64,000 nt of DNA, from positions 310,001-374,000 of the forward strand of contig JAHLTZ010000015.1 of assembly GCA_025786725.1 (NCBI GenBank), written 5' to 3'. Below the pieces are notes generated by a model. It saw only the letters and a list, made by a program, of their open reading frames with translations. It was not told the origin of the DNA and did no database searches. Positions 30,802 through 43,512 of the stretch are shown piece after piece. Position numbers and translations under genes: made by a program. Numbering within the stretch: position 1 is the stretch's first letter; each line of letters begins with the position of its first letter. The DNA is from Syncephalis fuscata S228. Its lineage: Eukaryota; Fungi; Zoopagomycota.

Positions 30802-32009
30802 ATAATACGCTAATAATTGTGTAAAATAGTAGTTTTTTGCCAGCCATGACTTATATAACTAAAATGCAGCAAATCATTGCCAAATTCGAGTTTCCGTGCT
30901 TAGTTATACAGATTGGCATGATTTATAAAACATTGATTTTTGCAAAAAAAACGGACCAAAAATGCGATTTACGTACTATTAATTTACTTAGTAAGGCATT
31001 ACAATGATCGTGTATACCTTTACGTATAATGAAGCAAACTGCATGACATTTTGTACAAGTATACTTATAATACATAGGTAGCTATTGACAAAGTATACTG
31101 TAATCGTATTGAGTGATAGAGCAATGGCTGTGATGATATGCTAATAATTGTGTAAAAATAGCAGTTTTTACTATTCATGGCCTATATAGCTAAGATGCAG
31201 CAAAATGATTGTCGAATTCGAGTTCTCCATGCTTAGCTGTATCGTTTGATATAATTTATAGAACAATGATTTTGTAACAAAAGTTAGTCAAAAGTGCGAT
31301 TTGCGTGTAAATAGTTAATGAAAAGTAATTACATTACATAATTCTAAAGATCTTAACATCAAATGTGAAATCTAATTTAAGTAAATTCAAGGCACTCTAC
31401 AATACTAAACAAACATAATAGTAAGTTAATATGCAGAAATATCAATGTATATTAGCAAGTTACACCATCTATATACATATGCGTAAGTTTTCATTAACTA
31501 TTTACACGCAAATCGCACTTTTGACTAACTTTTGTTACAAAAATCATTGTTTTATAAATTATATCAAACGATACAGCTAAGCATGGAGAACTCGAATCCA
31601 GCAATCATTTTGCTGCATCTTAGCTATATAGGTCATGAATAGTAAAAAACTGCTATTTTTACACAATTATTAGCATGTCATCACAGCCATTGCTCCATCA
31701 CTCAATACATTACAGTATACTTTGTCAATAGCTACCTATGTATTATAAGTATACTTGTACAAAATGTCATGCAGTTTGCTTATTATACGTAAAGGTATAC
31801 ACGATCATTGTAATGCCTTACTAAGTAAATTAATAGCACGTAAATCGCATTTTTGGTCTTTTTTTTTGCAAAAATCAATGTTTTATAAATCATGCCAATC
31901 TGTATAACTAAGCATGGAAAACTCGAATTTGGCAATGATTTGCTGATTTTAGTTATATAAGTCATGGCTGGCAAAAAACTACTATTTTACACAATTATTA
32001 GCGTATTAT
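30802..32009. mobile_element. Foldback-like element: about 520 bp inverted repeats around a 160 bp spacer
   Basis: 30802-31324 is a near-exact reverse complement of 31488-32009. Each arm contains a diverged internal repeat (units start near 30806 and 31137). Confidence 0.85.
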
Positions 32010-32691
32010 CTTTATTGCTCCATCATCAATACAATAACACCATATTTTACCAGTAGCTACCTATATGTTATTTACACACTTGTGCAAAATGCCATACAAT
32101 TTGCTTTGTTATACGTGAAGTTATATATAGTTTCAGTAGCGCCTTATTGCTTAAATTATTACTATTAGTTTTGATATTGCTTTTTATCACTTAATTACAC
32201 CAAATTACTTTTTAATATTGATGCATAATGTCATAGAATTGGCACAATAATTTGATTAGTAAGGTTTTAGTAATAGTCACAAAAATAGCTTATTCGTTAA
32301 AATAAAAATATATTAAACAATACATATAAATACGAAATAGCGCTTTATTTTGTTTCTACTACAACACTTTCACAAGTTTTAATATTAATCACAACGCCTG
32401 TTAACAAATCATTTATTGCGACAAAATTGGTTGTTCAATACATTAAGATCTCACATAGTTATTATTGGCAATGCCCATGTTTTACATGCCTTCAAGCTAT
32501 ATTTAACTGCAAATAAAACAATAGCATTATTCTTTGCATTGTAATAGACATACGTAATTGCGTAACAATATTAATGTAAAGAGCATAAAGCAACACATGA
32601 CCATGCAACACCCTTGTATTTATATGAGCATCTGCTAATATTTATCATGTTTATCCCGTATCAATCCTAGCGCAATTATTTCTATTTAACT

Positions 32692-34663
32692 ATGTCTTTG
32701 GGTACTAGCAGCAAAAGCTTATGGCAAAACCATGGCACTTTGGTGTATTTGTGCCGCTTTATAAATGGTCAAGAACTAGCGCTGTTTGCCACTAGCTGTC
32801 GGTTTGTCTATGGAATAATAGTTAAGCAACCTGATCATTGGGAACGCCAGTATAGACAAACATTTTGTCTGGGTGACAGGCGTGAACAGGAATGGCTTGC
32901 ATGGTATAACTTGTGCATCAGTATTACAGCGAAATTGAAAGAATCAACACTCAATGCAAATAAGAAAAAGCAAAAATGTTCATTATCACCCACCTATGGT
33001 TTTAATTCCACTCGGTGATTATATGCTTATCAGCGACGTCAACAAACTAATCACAACTTTATTACAGGTCAATTCAAAAACGGACGTGCCAAATTCCAGT
33101 TATTGAACCTAATTATTTGAGTTTAATCAATGTAAATCCATGATATGCATTGGCACAAGACAAATTGATATCAAGGATTTGCACAATTCAACATAATAGC
33201 TTTAGCAGGGAAAACAAACAAAGCAACAATAAATTAACTTGGAAATAGTTGGCTTTTTATCAATCGTTATATCTATTTAATGGCAGAATTAGAATCAACT
33301 CTGTCCATAATGCAAATCAATTTGTTGTGGCATACGTTTCTATATGTACATATGATGATGTGGTACTGTCATTCCTGGAGATCTGATAGGTAACTAATAA
33401 TTGTTAACACAGCTTAATACATCAGCTATTTATTAATTATATTAAAATAGTAAATATCGCTGAAATGGAAGTACAATACATCAGAGAAAACAAAGCTAAA
33501 GTCCGTGCTTCTACATCCGCAGAGAGGCCACAAAGCCATATGAGAAATGGCATAGTAGTATGGAATTATACCGACAATTCATCTCCCAATATTGTTTATT
33601 TTCAGCGCACAAATAATCACTGGACAGGCCAGATCAACCTAATTTAATCGAGACTTATCACAATTGGATGCTATTAAAAACTAATAACCGACATGATTCA
33701 TAACAACAATCTGACTTATTTAATTTAAGTAGAAACCGATGGATAAAAGGTCCAAGAATACACAACTGTAATTCAGGTGCATCTATCATATCCGCTTCTC
33801 AAACCCAATGTCAATTCTTAGTACAAAAAATAATGACCGGGTTTATAAAAACTGGCAATATCCCTACATTCATTCCTACTCAGAATTCTCAAGATATTGA
33901 GAGTGATAATCGAACAATGCGTACCAAATGGAAGATATTTGATGCGCAAAGGGATCGGAATCAATGTGAGAGGATATCGTCTGGTGAAATCATTATTCCA
34001 TACTGTTCGGCTGCTATAATTAATGTTGAGTTGTATACAGGAAATATATGCTTGTTTACTGTATACCGTGTAACAAATAATCCATGCCTTATTCACCACA
34101 GAATATATGAAGCTTCATTGTAGTTGCTTGCATTTGGCAAGTTTGCACCAAACGATTTGCTACAATCAATATTTGACGCCAGAGATTACGGCCATTTACT
34201 TCCCATTGATAGTTCTGATAAAGGACATTTATTCTGGACTCAGCCTATACGTAACATTGATATTACAAAACTATATAGTGAAAAGCTTATCGCTGTTTAG
34301 AAGCTTGGTACATTGGATGTGTTGAGTGCTTTAAATGAAGATTTATTGCGGTCAGTCACTTGTTCGCCTCATTACGTAAAGCTTACTCCATTCCTCGGAT
34401 TTTTATGCAAAATTGTTGGCAAAAAATACAGAAAATATTGGTTTATTGACATGCACACTAGTCGTGTATATAATCCATCGAACTGTTTTACTAGAGAACA
34501 AAATGGAAATGACAAAGAAGCCAAGCCTTTAGGTCTTGTTGAAACAACGCTACAAGATATAAAAAAGCATAGAAGAATAAGCGCTGACTATTTATTATCA
34601 AACGTCGTTATTGGCCAAATCAATTCAAACAAAAACGGTTTATATGAAGTATACATGTTATAA
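32692..34663 (+). pseudogene. Decayed F-box-like protein gene
   Basis: F-box-like N-terminus LVYLCRFINGQELALFATSCRFVYGII..HWERQY, then in-frame TGA in TR*LYAYQRRQQTNHNFITG, further stops and frameshifts, with fragmented ORFs to 34663. Confidence 0.65.
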
Positions 34664-36127
34664 ATAAAAGACTAATTGAAAATACTTGATAAAAATAACT
34701 TAAATATCATTTATATTAAATATTTACAACATTTATATTTATCTGAAGTAATTTAATGGATAAATACGCATATTTTTACATTAACTTATAATCAAACGGC
34801 TGACAACAGCATTATTCAAATCTAATGCTTTATTATTAATAGCGCTATCACACAACAAGCAATAATTAATGACAGAGATTGATTGATAGCGATGGTGCTT
34901 GTATCAATAGTTGATACTACAGCGTTAGAAATAAATCACACATTTCTGTGGCTAAATTGCAATGTCAAGTAAAATAAACACGCAAATCAATTAGTATATT
35001 TATGATATAGAAAGTGCGGTATTGTACATTAATTATCTATATATTAAAAATATTATATAAATTCATGCATTTAATACTTTGTATTAGCAGTTGGTAAATG
35101 CCATTGTATATCAATTGGCCATATAATAAACATATACTATACATTGTGCATGTGTTCAATAACATTTAATAATAGACGGCAAGTAAAGTTATAAAATACT
35201 AACTTATACGCTAATTACATGGTAGTTTACATATGCATTTATAAACATAGAATAGCTTGTGCATTCAAGACATTGGAATTACCAGCATGGTTAGATTACT
35301 ACTCCAATATACTTTAAGTATATACTCAACAAAAACCAAAACTATTTGACAAGTAAATCATTTAGTCTATTTATCTATCAAGCTCCAGTCAATGCTCCGG
35401 TTTGTTTAACTCTTAATCGCTGGTCTCATTATATTAGCAGCAGGTCTGCACTTGTTTGTACATGCTCGGTTATGCAGACGTTTAGTAACAAACATTTAAT
35501 CTGCTATATTTATATCTATATTTATTTATGTACAATGTTTTACAGAAATTAAACAAAAATAAGCATGTTAATATTAGACTTTTACAGGAATGCTGCTTTG
35601 ATTACTAGCATAAATTGACATAATTCTAATCATATTTATTTGCAAGTAGCAATTTTATATGTAATTATTGTAGCAATATGTGTTGGCAATATAATCAACT
35701 GTATTTGTTTATGCACTGGTATAAGTCATGATGCTACTAAAAGGATATGGTAACAACAATAAACATATATATTTGTTTAAGATAATCCTAAAGTGGGCTA
35801 AATAGGTTAGCTTTTGTTACTAGTGACAGAAATGGACAATTGTATATTGGCAGTATCTATATTCAGAATAAAGCACTAGAAATGATAAAGTACTGTTCTT
35901 TATATCATGATGTAGAAATGGTGATATATTAAGTATCATTAAATATTACTATAACAGTTTGTAATATTATACTAGAGCTAAATAGTCCTCAAATAAAATG
36001 ACTGTTTTGTAGTATGTGGGAGATAACTCTAGTATGCCTTTACGTGCTGCATTCTATTAGCTGTTGACTACTTATGTTTATTAGAAATTTACATAGATTT
36101 TGGCAATAGGTTTATGTTTAAATATTT

Positions 36128-37081
36128 TTAGCAAATTATATTTAGCAAAACATTATGATGCCGTTGATGAAGTTTTGCTGCTCCCTTTAACACCGCAATG
36201 ATAAACTAAAACAGTTGATGTAATACACCTAACATACGATTAGTAGTATGTCAGTCAATTTGTCTAGTTACATACCAATCTATAACAAAAAACATTTGTG
36301 AATATGAATCGCCTACTTTGAATAAAATGCAAAATGCGCAAGTAATATTGCAAAACACTACTAAACACATGATTTGAATACCGTTACGTGTCAGTCGTCT
36401 CCATGCTTCTGAGCCAAATGTCTTATACTGTTGATATGCAATATAGCTAAATATTCCTGAGAACAGTATATTGACAGGTATAGTAACACCAAACCAGTAT
36501 AAAGGCATTGAGATAGGGTAGTTGGCAACACAACCACCATGCTTTTCGAATGTAATATAAGATACGGTTATAACAAACGGTGTAAATCCTAACTGTGGTA
36601 ATATAAGAATGATACCAACAACCAAAACCCAGCGTTGTTTTAAAAGCACAATATACGCTTTCTGCAGTATGACTATACTGTTGCCTATGCTTACAACTGA
36701 AAATGCAGTAAGAATATACCAAATTGTTTCACGACAATTTAGAATTTCGAAAAAATACGGAACTACAATAACAAACCAGCCGGCGCCAAACAAACTAGAT
36801 ATTAAGAAGCACCACCCAGAAAGAAATTGTGGCCGATTTAAAACCATGCGGATTGAGATCGCAAGGTTTGATATAAATATTAGTGATGCGAGAATATTAA
36901 TAATCATTTGAGTATAAATGGCAAACAATCGAGCTTGAGCGTCATGTCTATCATTTGGCACTGCTGCTATAAAACTGTATAAAGGCGCTTCGCCAGACGG
37001 ATGAAGCGGAATATCCCACAGCCGTGTAGCATTGTGTCTCCAGTCCATGTCATTGTTTACAAGGTTTTGAGTAGTGCCCAT
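36128..37081 (-). CDS. 7TM GPCR-like receptor, copy A (intact)
   Basis: Seven hydrophobic segments, NAT sequon, Cys at the top of TM3 and in ECL2, one intron after FFVIDW, last exon CITSTVLVYHC...IIC*. Confidence 0.85.
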
Positions 37082-37717
37082 GTCTATGACTGCTTAGATA
37101 TACAAATGTAATTTAAAATGGGGGTTGGCTGATGAACGATAAAGAAATAGGGGATATTGAAAATAAGTAGGCGTGAATGATAAATCTACCGGCTGTCGGT
37201 TCCGCATTGCGCGTATGTACATACTATGCTAATAAACCTGTTTACTTGCATATCAATACTATGCTGTTACACACAAACTCACCTTTGCATGCTAAATCGC
37301 TCTTTAAAATAATTTACACGTAACACCATGTTAAATTTACAGCTTTGGACAATTGGCATTTGCTAGCTATATTGAATTAGCATGTTTTTGCTTGATGCTG
37401 AATTTCATTATACTATGTTTTACATTTCTGTTTAAAACATACTACTTTAGTAAACAACTGGTATTAAATGCGCTAAACTGTTTAATGTATTCGGTCTTGT
37501 CGAATATTTAATTTATAAAGTACGTCTAAAACTGGTCTATTATGCATTTATATAAATTGCAGCTTATATTTATGTTTTACATCCGACTAAATTCCGAATC
37601 AAATAAACACCTTTTTAGTATGTTAAACTCAAGTTAGTATGTATTTACACGTTGCAATTTACTCATTGATGACTATTATAATTATAATAGCGCAACACCA
37701 AGTAGTATGTTTGCAAT

Positions 37718-37973
37718 TTATTTTGTTAAAACGGTATAGATATAAATTACAAGATTTGTATACATAAAGTTTCCAAAACTAATACAAATGGCTAACACCA
37801 AATAAGCGCTAAATAGCCGAGTTCGAATGACTTTCATGTCATCTGATATCGCTGTTACAAAGTCATACATATACAATTCACCGGATGGATGGAATGAAAT
37901 ACTCTATTCTTGTACAGCACTTTGTTTTTAATCCAAACTGGTATATTCAAAACAACTTTAGGATAGCAAACAT
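37718..37973 (-). pseudogene. Truncated N-terminal remnant of the same 7TM family
   Basis: LD*KQSAVQE*SISFHPSGELYMYDFVTAISDDMKVIRTRLFSAY aligns with MDWRHNATRLWGIPLHPSGE...RLFSAY. Confidence 0.8.
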
Positions 37974-38354
37974 TGATTAGAAGTTTAATAGATGTATTAA
38001 ATAAAACTACAGGCTTAGTCAAAGCTAAGCATAGCAAATAGAATAAGATAAGAGTGCCTATATACACATGATTGCCTATTGTTTAATAAAGTATATTTGG
38101 TTGATTTTGCTTCGACTCCCACATTTGGAGTCCCCATAGTAAATTCGTTCCAATTGAAGTCAATTGTAACAAAGTGGCTGCAGGATGGTCACTTTATTAC
38201 ATTGATGCTGTTATGCATAACAAAATGCATTTATAATGTTTTCATTTGATTACTTTAAAATTCACAAGGCCAATTATTATTGCTGTTGACCATGCGTAGA
38301 AAGTTTGATTGAATATTAATAAAAACCATTGATCGCGATTCCATATCGTTCCAC

Positions 38355-38843
38355 AGTTGTTGTTGTTATTACTACGTACAGTGTGTTTTCTTGCGTCTGA
38401 ATGGTCTCTTCTATTTTCCAATCTTCTACTGTTGCGTTGTGGGCATATTTGCGATGTAAGATACTCATCTATGGTGACAAGAAGATAGAATGACTAGCGT
38501 TTCTGATGTTCACCATTGTCTTGAGCATTCTTGGTATTAACTTGTAGACGCAGATGCTTTGCCGACCATTGATGAAGCAAATCTACCTCCATCATACGCA
38601 ATAATGATAGGTTGAGTGTATTCACCAGGAAGATCGTGGCGACAGTTGTAACCAAAATATACGGCATGCCGTTGAGGTTACTTGACCAGGTGTTGATGTA
38701 AAATAAGAAAAATAAAGACTAGGGATTGAATAGTGTTTTTTATTTATGTTCAAATACGCATGCTATTTATATTGTTATATTTAACATTATCGTATAATAT
38801 ATTATTGAATAGAATATTCAAAAAGAAGATAAGACGATAAGAT
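38355..38843 (+). repeat. Direct repeat copy 1 (near-identical to 42400-42884), member of the dispersed repeat family
   Basis: About 490 bp with only a few differences. Weaker similarity extends at least 150 bp left and some distance right. Confidence 0.9.
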
Positions 38844-40503
38844 AACAATAAGAAAAAGTAATGAAATAAGTAAACAAAAAATGTAGGAGTCAAGGTAAAA
38901 TGATTTGATCATGTAAATATTACGCGCTCAATCCAATGTTTTGTTTTATTTTAATATACAATTATACGACTTTTATTAATGATCAATAAATGAAATTAAT
39001 CTGTCTTTCAATTGTTGCAATAATGTATAATATTAGCTGCTTACATTGATAAATAATTAGATTAAGCCTTATACTAGTTGTTTTAGTTGATGATCATGTA
39101 AATGTAAGTATATAAGAAGTTACAATGTGCTTGTAAATATTTATCTGTACAAACAGCCAGAATTATAAGTTATAGTAACAATAATAAGTATTTAATTACT
39201 AAACTTGTCAATTCAATTTTATCTACAACTCTTTGTTTTCTGTGCGCTATCTCAATTTAACGTTGCTGCTGTTCTAGCTGCATCAGCAACAGCCAACTTT
39301 TTGATAAACGTAGTCTAGCTTAGCATAGGTATAATGATTTGTTATAGGTCAAACCAGTAATCCTTTGAGCTGCTAATTGTTTTTCTATTGGTTTCTGCTT
39401 TGGCTTGTTCTTCTATATTCCATCTTGCTTAACTTGTCAAAAGTGGTTTCATAAATGTAAGCATCACTTAGGCCTTGGATAATTACCGGTTGATATACGA
39501 TCCATTGACATTATGCACTCGAAATTGCTGACATTCAATTGGAACTTTCTATTGTGTCTAGTCCAGTGTCTGCATATTGCATCGCGTGTAGTTTGGCCAA
39601 TGCAATTTAGTCTACAGCTAAAAACTGATGGCGAAAATGACTTGCTGAAATATTCCATTGCTCAAATGTCGTGATGCATCATGCTACAAACAGTACTTAT
39701 TGTATAGTTGCTTTTAGGTAATTTGGATTAGCCGTCATTTGAATGATGGTAGTTGCACATGTGGCATGATATACCTTGATGTGATGCATTTGTGAATTCA
39801 GAACAATTACTACCCCATAACAATGGGCATAGTATTGAATGAAATGCACCCATAAAACCAGTCAGCACACTTTATAATTTGAAAACTACAACTGACTTAC
39901 GTATAGCAGTAAAAACCTGTATAAAAATACCAGTTTAATATATTAAACCTGTTTTTGCATCATTGTTGTGCACTACTTTGTATGATGCAGATATTGGGGA
40001 CTGAGTCATTCAGGGAACTGACAACAAAGACGTCTTTGTCTTGTTTACAAAACTAAACAATATGCTTGTTTTTACCAAATAGTTAGACCATATAACAAAG
40101 AATACAGACTAATATATCTATTTTTATCGCATATGTACTGGGTTATTAGCGTTGTTCCATTATTTGTGCGAATGACTAGCAGATTGGAGTAAAGGCCGGG
40201 CAGATTGAAATCAAGACCGGGAGCATTCTATCATGCCATAGATTTATGGGTACATGTGCACCTCAAACCATTGTTTGGATTGCTTTATTGGCCCATGTTA
40301 CACATCAATGGTATGTATCGTATACTACAGTATACTGGCATCTCAGCATAATCATAAGTTTAAATAGCCCACAGAATATACACATCCAACTGCGGTATCC
40401 TCATCACGCTCTACTCTCTGCTAAACACACTCTACTCTCCACTTTATACCAATTACACTCTACTATCTCTTTTATTTGTTTGTCTTAACAAGTCAATATC
40501 ACC

Positions 40504-40701
40504 ATGAAGCTTTCCATTGCCGTCATTTGCACCATCGTTGTGGCTTTGATAGCCACCACAGCTATGGTGGATGCTAAGCCAGCCTTAGTTCGTCGTGGTG
40601 GCAAAAGCCCTCAATGCACCAGCTGCATGGCTACTAAATGCAAAAAAGGCATGAATGCTAGCATTTGCAACGACATTTGCAAAAAGGAATGCAGCGCATA
40701 A
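40504..40701 (+). CDS. Small secreted cysteine-rich cationic peptide precursor
   Basis: Signal peptide MKLSIAVICTIVVALIATTAMVDA, short pro-segment ending RR, then 34 aa with 6 Cys and 6 Lys. ACCATG start context. Confidence 0.85.
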   Translation: MKLSIAVICTIVVALIATTAMVDAKPALVRRGGKSPQCTSCMATKCKKGMNASICNDICKKECSA

Positions 40702-42399
40702 TCAATGGCTACAATACATTAGCATTGGTAGTGTAATCAAGCCACTATTTCAATACACTTTAGATATATATTCAGTGAAAAGCAAAACCATTTGACAATT
40801 ACGCCGTCCAGTCTATCTATATAGCAAGTTTTTGCCAATGCTTCGGTTTATCCAGTCTTTAATCAATGGAATCATTATTTTAGCAACAAGTTTGCATCTA
40901 TTTGCCCCTATTCAACTGTGCAAGCTTATAATAATAAATCTATGGTTTCATCTTAACTATATACAATCAAATTGCTATATCTATAACCATGTTCTATTTG
41001 CATTCAATAATGACAACTATCAATCAAATAGTTAAATTAATAACAAAATGTGTATAGTTATATCGCCTAAGCTATAGGCATAGATTGGTATGAATAGTAG
41101 CAAAGCTATCATTATCATATAGCCAAATAATAGTATGCTGAAATTAGAATAAATTCGCATTTTAATAAAACATGGCAATAAAGCATACGATATTATAAAA
41201 CAAAATAAATAGACAAAACGAATACGTGAATAGTAATAAAAAAACTATACTGTATGCAATTAGTCAATAGCAATAAACGAAATAAATCAAGATCTGCTAA
41301 AAGAATACAGTTAGCAATAAACTTTTAGCTTCTATTAATATAATTTCTACAATTTACAATATTAATGCTATAGACGGACATATAGTATGTGTATACAAGA
41401 CAGATATGTACAGTACAATAATAATGATAAATAAATAGCTTGATAACCAATGACACTCAACAGCCAGTTTCATCTTCAATAAAGCGGATACTTCATTTAA
41501 ATGTGTGGCTATTATAGCTATTTAACTGCCAAATCACACTAAACAACCAATAGCGTGCTTAATATTGTGGAAAAAGTTATTTTTATTTAGTTAATAAAAA
41601 TACCATAAGATTTAATACAAATCAAGTGGTTTAAATGATCCGTCACAGCACCCTTTTAAGCTTCTTTCGCCATGTTCTACAACTCTTTTAAATTAGAACA
41701 TTGGAGCGACTACTGCGACATTTAAAATGAACGTTACGAGTAGATTGTTCTAGTTTATCAATGACAAATGTCATGTTGACGGTTTTATTTTGCACATCTT
41801 CACTCTTGTTTGATACACCAACTAATTAATTTAAGTTGATCAAAGCAATAACACTTTTATGTAATTCGGAGTTATTTAATTGCTATATCTGATATTCAAA
41901 ATGCTCTAAATCAATCTAATCTTATTTGTTGGTTAGATTTAAATCTAAAATATTTATTAATTAAACAATTTTTGTTTGCATTACACTTTATTTATTTTGA
42001 TAGTTGCTTCATTAGTAGTTTGTATTTATTCAATAAAAACGTTTATTTTAGCACCAACCACTGTTTCAACACAATTGGTGCTAATCTTTACATAGCATGT
42101 TTTTGTATTGTATTTTGAGTTGCATTTGCCACAAATATATTGTTAAAAGTCTTTTAACAAATAAAACATGATTAGCTCTTCAAATTCCCCTATTTTGCCT
42201 TGAAATTCATATTTTGAGTCCTCAAAGCAAAATTGGCTTCAATTGAAAACATGCTGTTATGTACAAGAAACATAGTTACAATATTTTCATTTACTTTCTT
42301 TGAAATATTGAGGACAATCGTTATTATTGTTGACCATGTGTAGAAAGATTGATTGAATATTGATAGAAGCTATATGGTTGCAATTCCACATTGTTCCGC

Positions 42400-42884
42400 A
42401 GTTGTTGTTATTACTACGTACAGTGTGTTTTCTTGCGTCTGAATGGTCTCTTCTATTTTCCAATCTTCTACTGTTGCGTTGTGGGCATATTTGCGATGTA
42501 AGATACTCATCTATGGTGACAAGAAGATAGAATGACTAGCGTTTCTGATGTTCACCATTGTCTTGAGCATTCTTGGTATTAACTTGTAGACGCAGATGCT
42601 TTGCCGACCATTGATGAAGCAAATCTACCTCCATCATACGCAATAATGATAGGTTGAGTGTATTCACCAGGAAGATCGTGGCGACAGTTGTAACCAAAAT
42701 ATACGGCATGCCGTTGAGGTTACTTGAACAGGTGTTGATGTAAAATAAGAAAAATAAAGACTAGGGATTGAATAGTGTTTTTATTGATGTTCAAATACGC
42801 ATGCTATTTATATTGTTATATTTAACATTATCGTATAATATATTATTGAATAGAATATTCAAAAAGAAGATAAGACGATAAGAT
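42400..42884 (+). repeat. Direct repeat copy 2 (near-identical to 38355-38843)
   Basis: Direct comparison of the two segments. Confidence 0.9.
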
Positions 42885-43512
42885 AGCGATATGAAAAAGG
42901 CAGTCAAATGGATAAATAAAAATATGAAAGTTAAAGTGAAGAAGCTCCCTTTATTTAATAATTAATAAATAGACTCATGTAATCCAGTGTCAAAAGACTA
43001 AAACTGACATGATTAAACTGCACATTTGTTATTCTACTAAACATGGAACTGGGTGATGAGTAACATTAAATATCAAATTATACTGCTTTAAATACTTTAC
43101 AACAATAATAATATGGATTAACATTTATTTATTACTATCATTTACCTATTCATTATATTTTATTGTAAGTAACATGAAATACTGTTTAACATTTATTAAC
43201 ACTAATATCAAATATTAAAAATAGTGTAGATTAATTAAGATTTTGATTGATTTAAACAGAGTTGATATGACATTGCTTTGACAAATAACGCATCTTAATA
43301 GTAAAAACTGATTGACGGTTTATTTAAATTATGGGGGTTTCTGTCCTTCAGTTTAAGGATAAGGTATCAAAGTAAAATATATCTGTTTATTTAATACTTC
43401 TAATTATACTAACTGTCACTAATTTTACTCAAATAATTTGTACTAAACTATTAAACTAATTTTTTAATTTATTGCAATTATATTTGTTATATAGCAATGA
43501 GACATACACTCT

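Noticed and set aside
33010-33150. UGA-to-Trp genetic code reassignment
   Set aside because: TAA and TAG also occur at Trp sites in relics, and I saw no in-frame TGA in the intact conserved genes.
39200-39900. Coding-like relic on the minus strand
   Set aside because: Stops in all frames and no recognisable family, so it cannot be called.
38355-42884. LTR retrotransposon
   Set aside because: No gag/pol remnants, PBS, PPT or TG..CA ends, and homology extends beyond the identical core.
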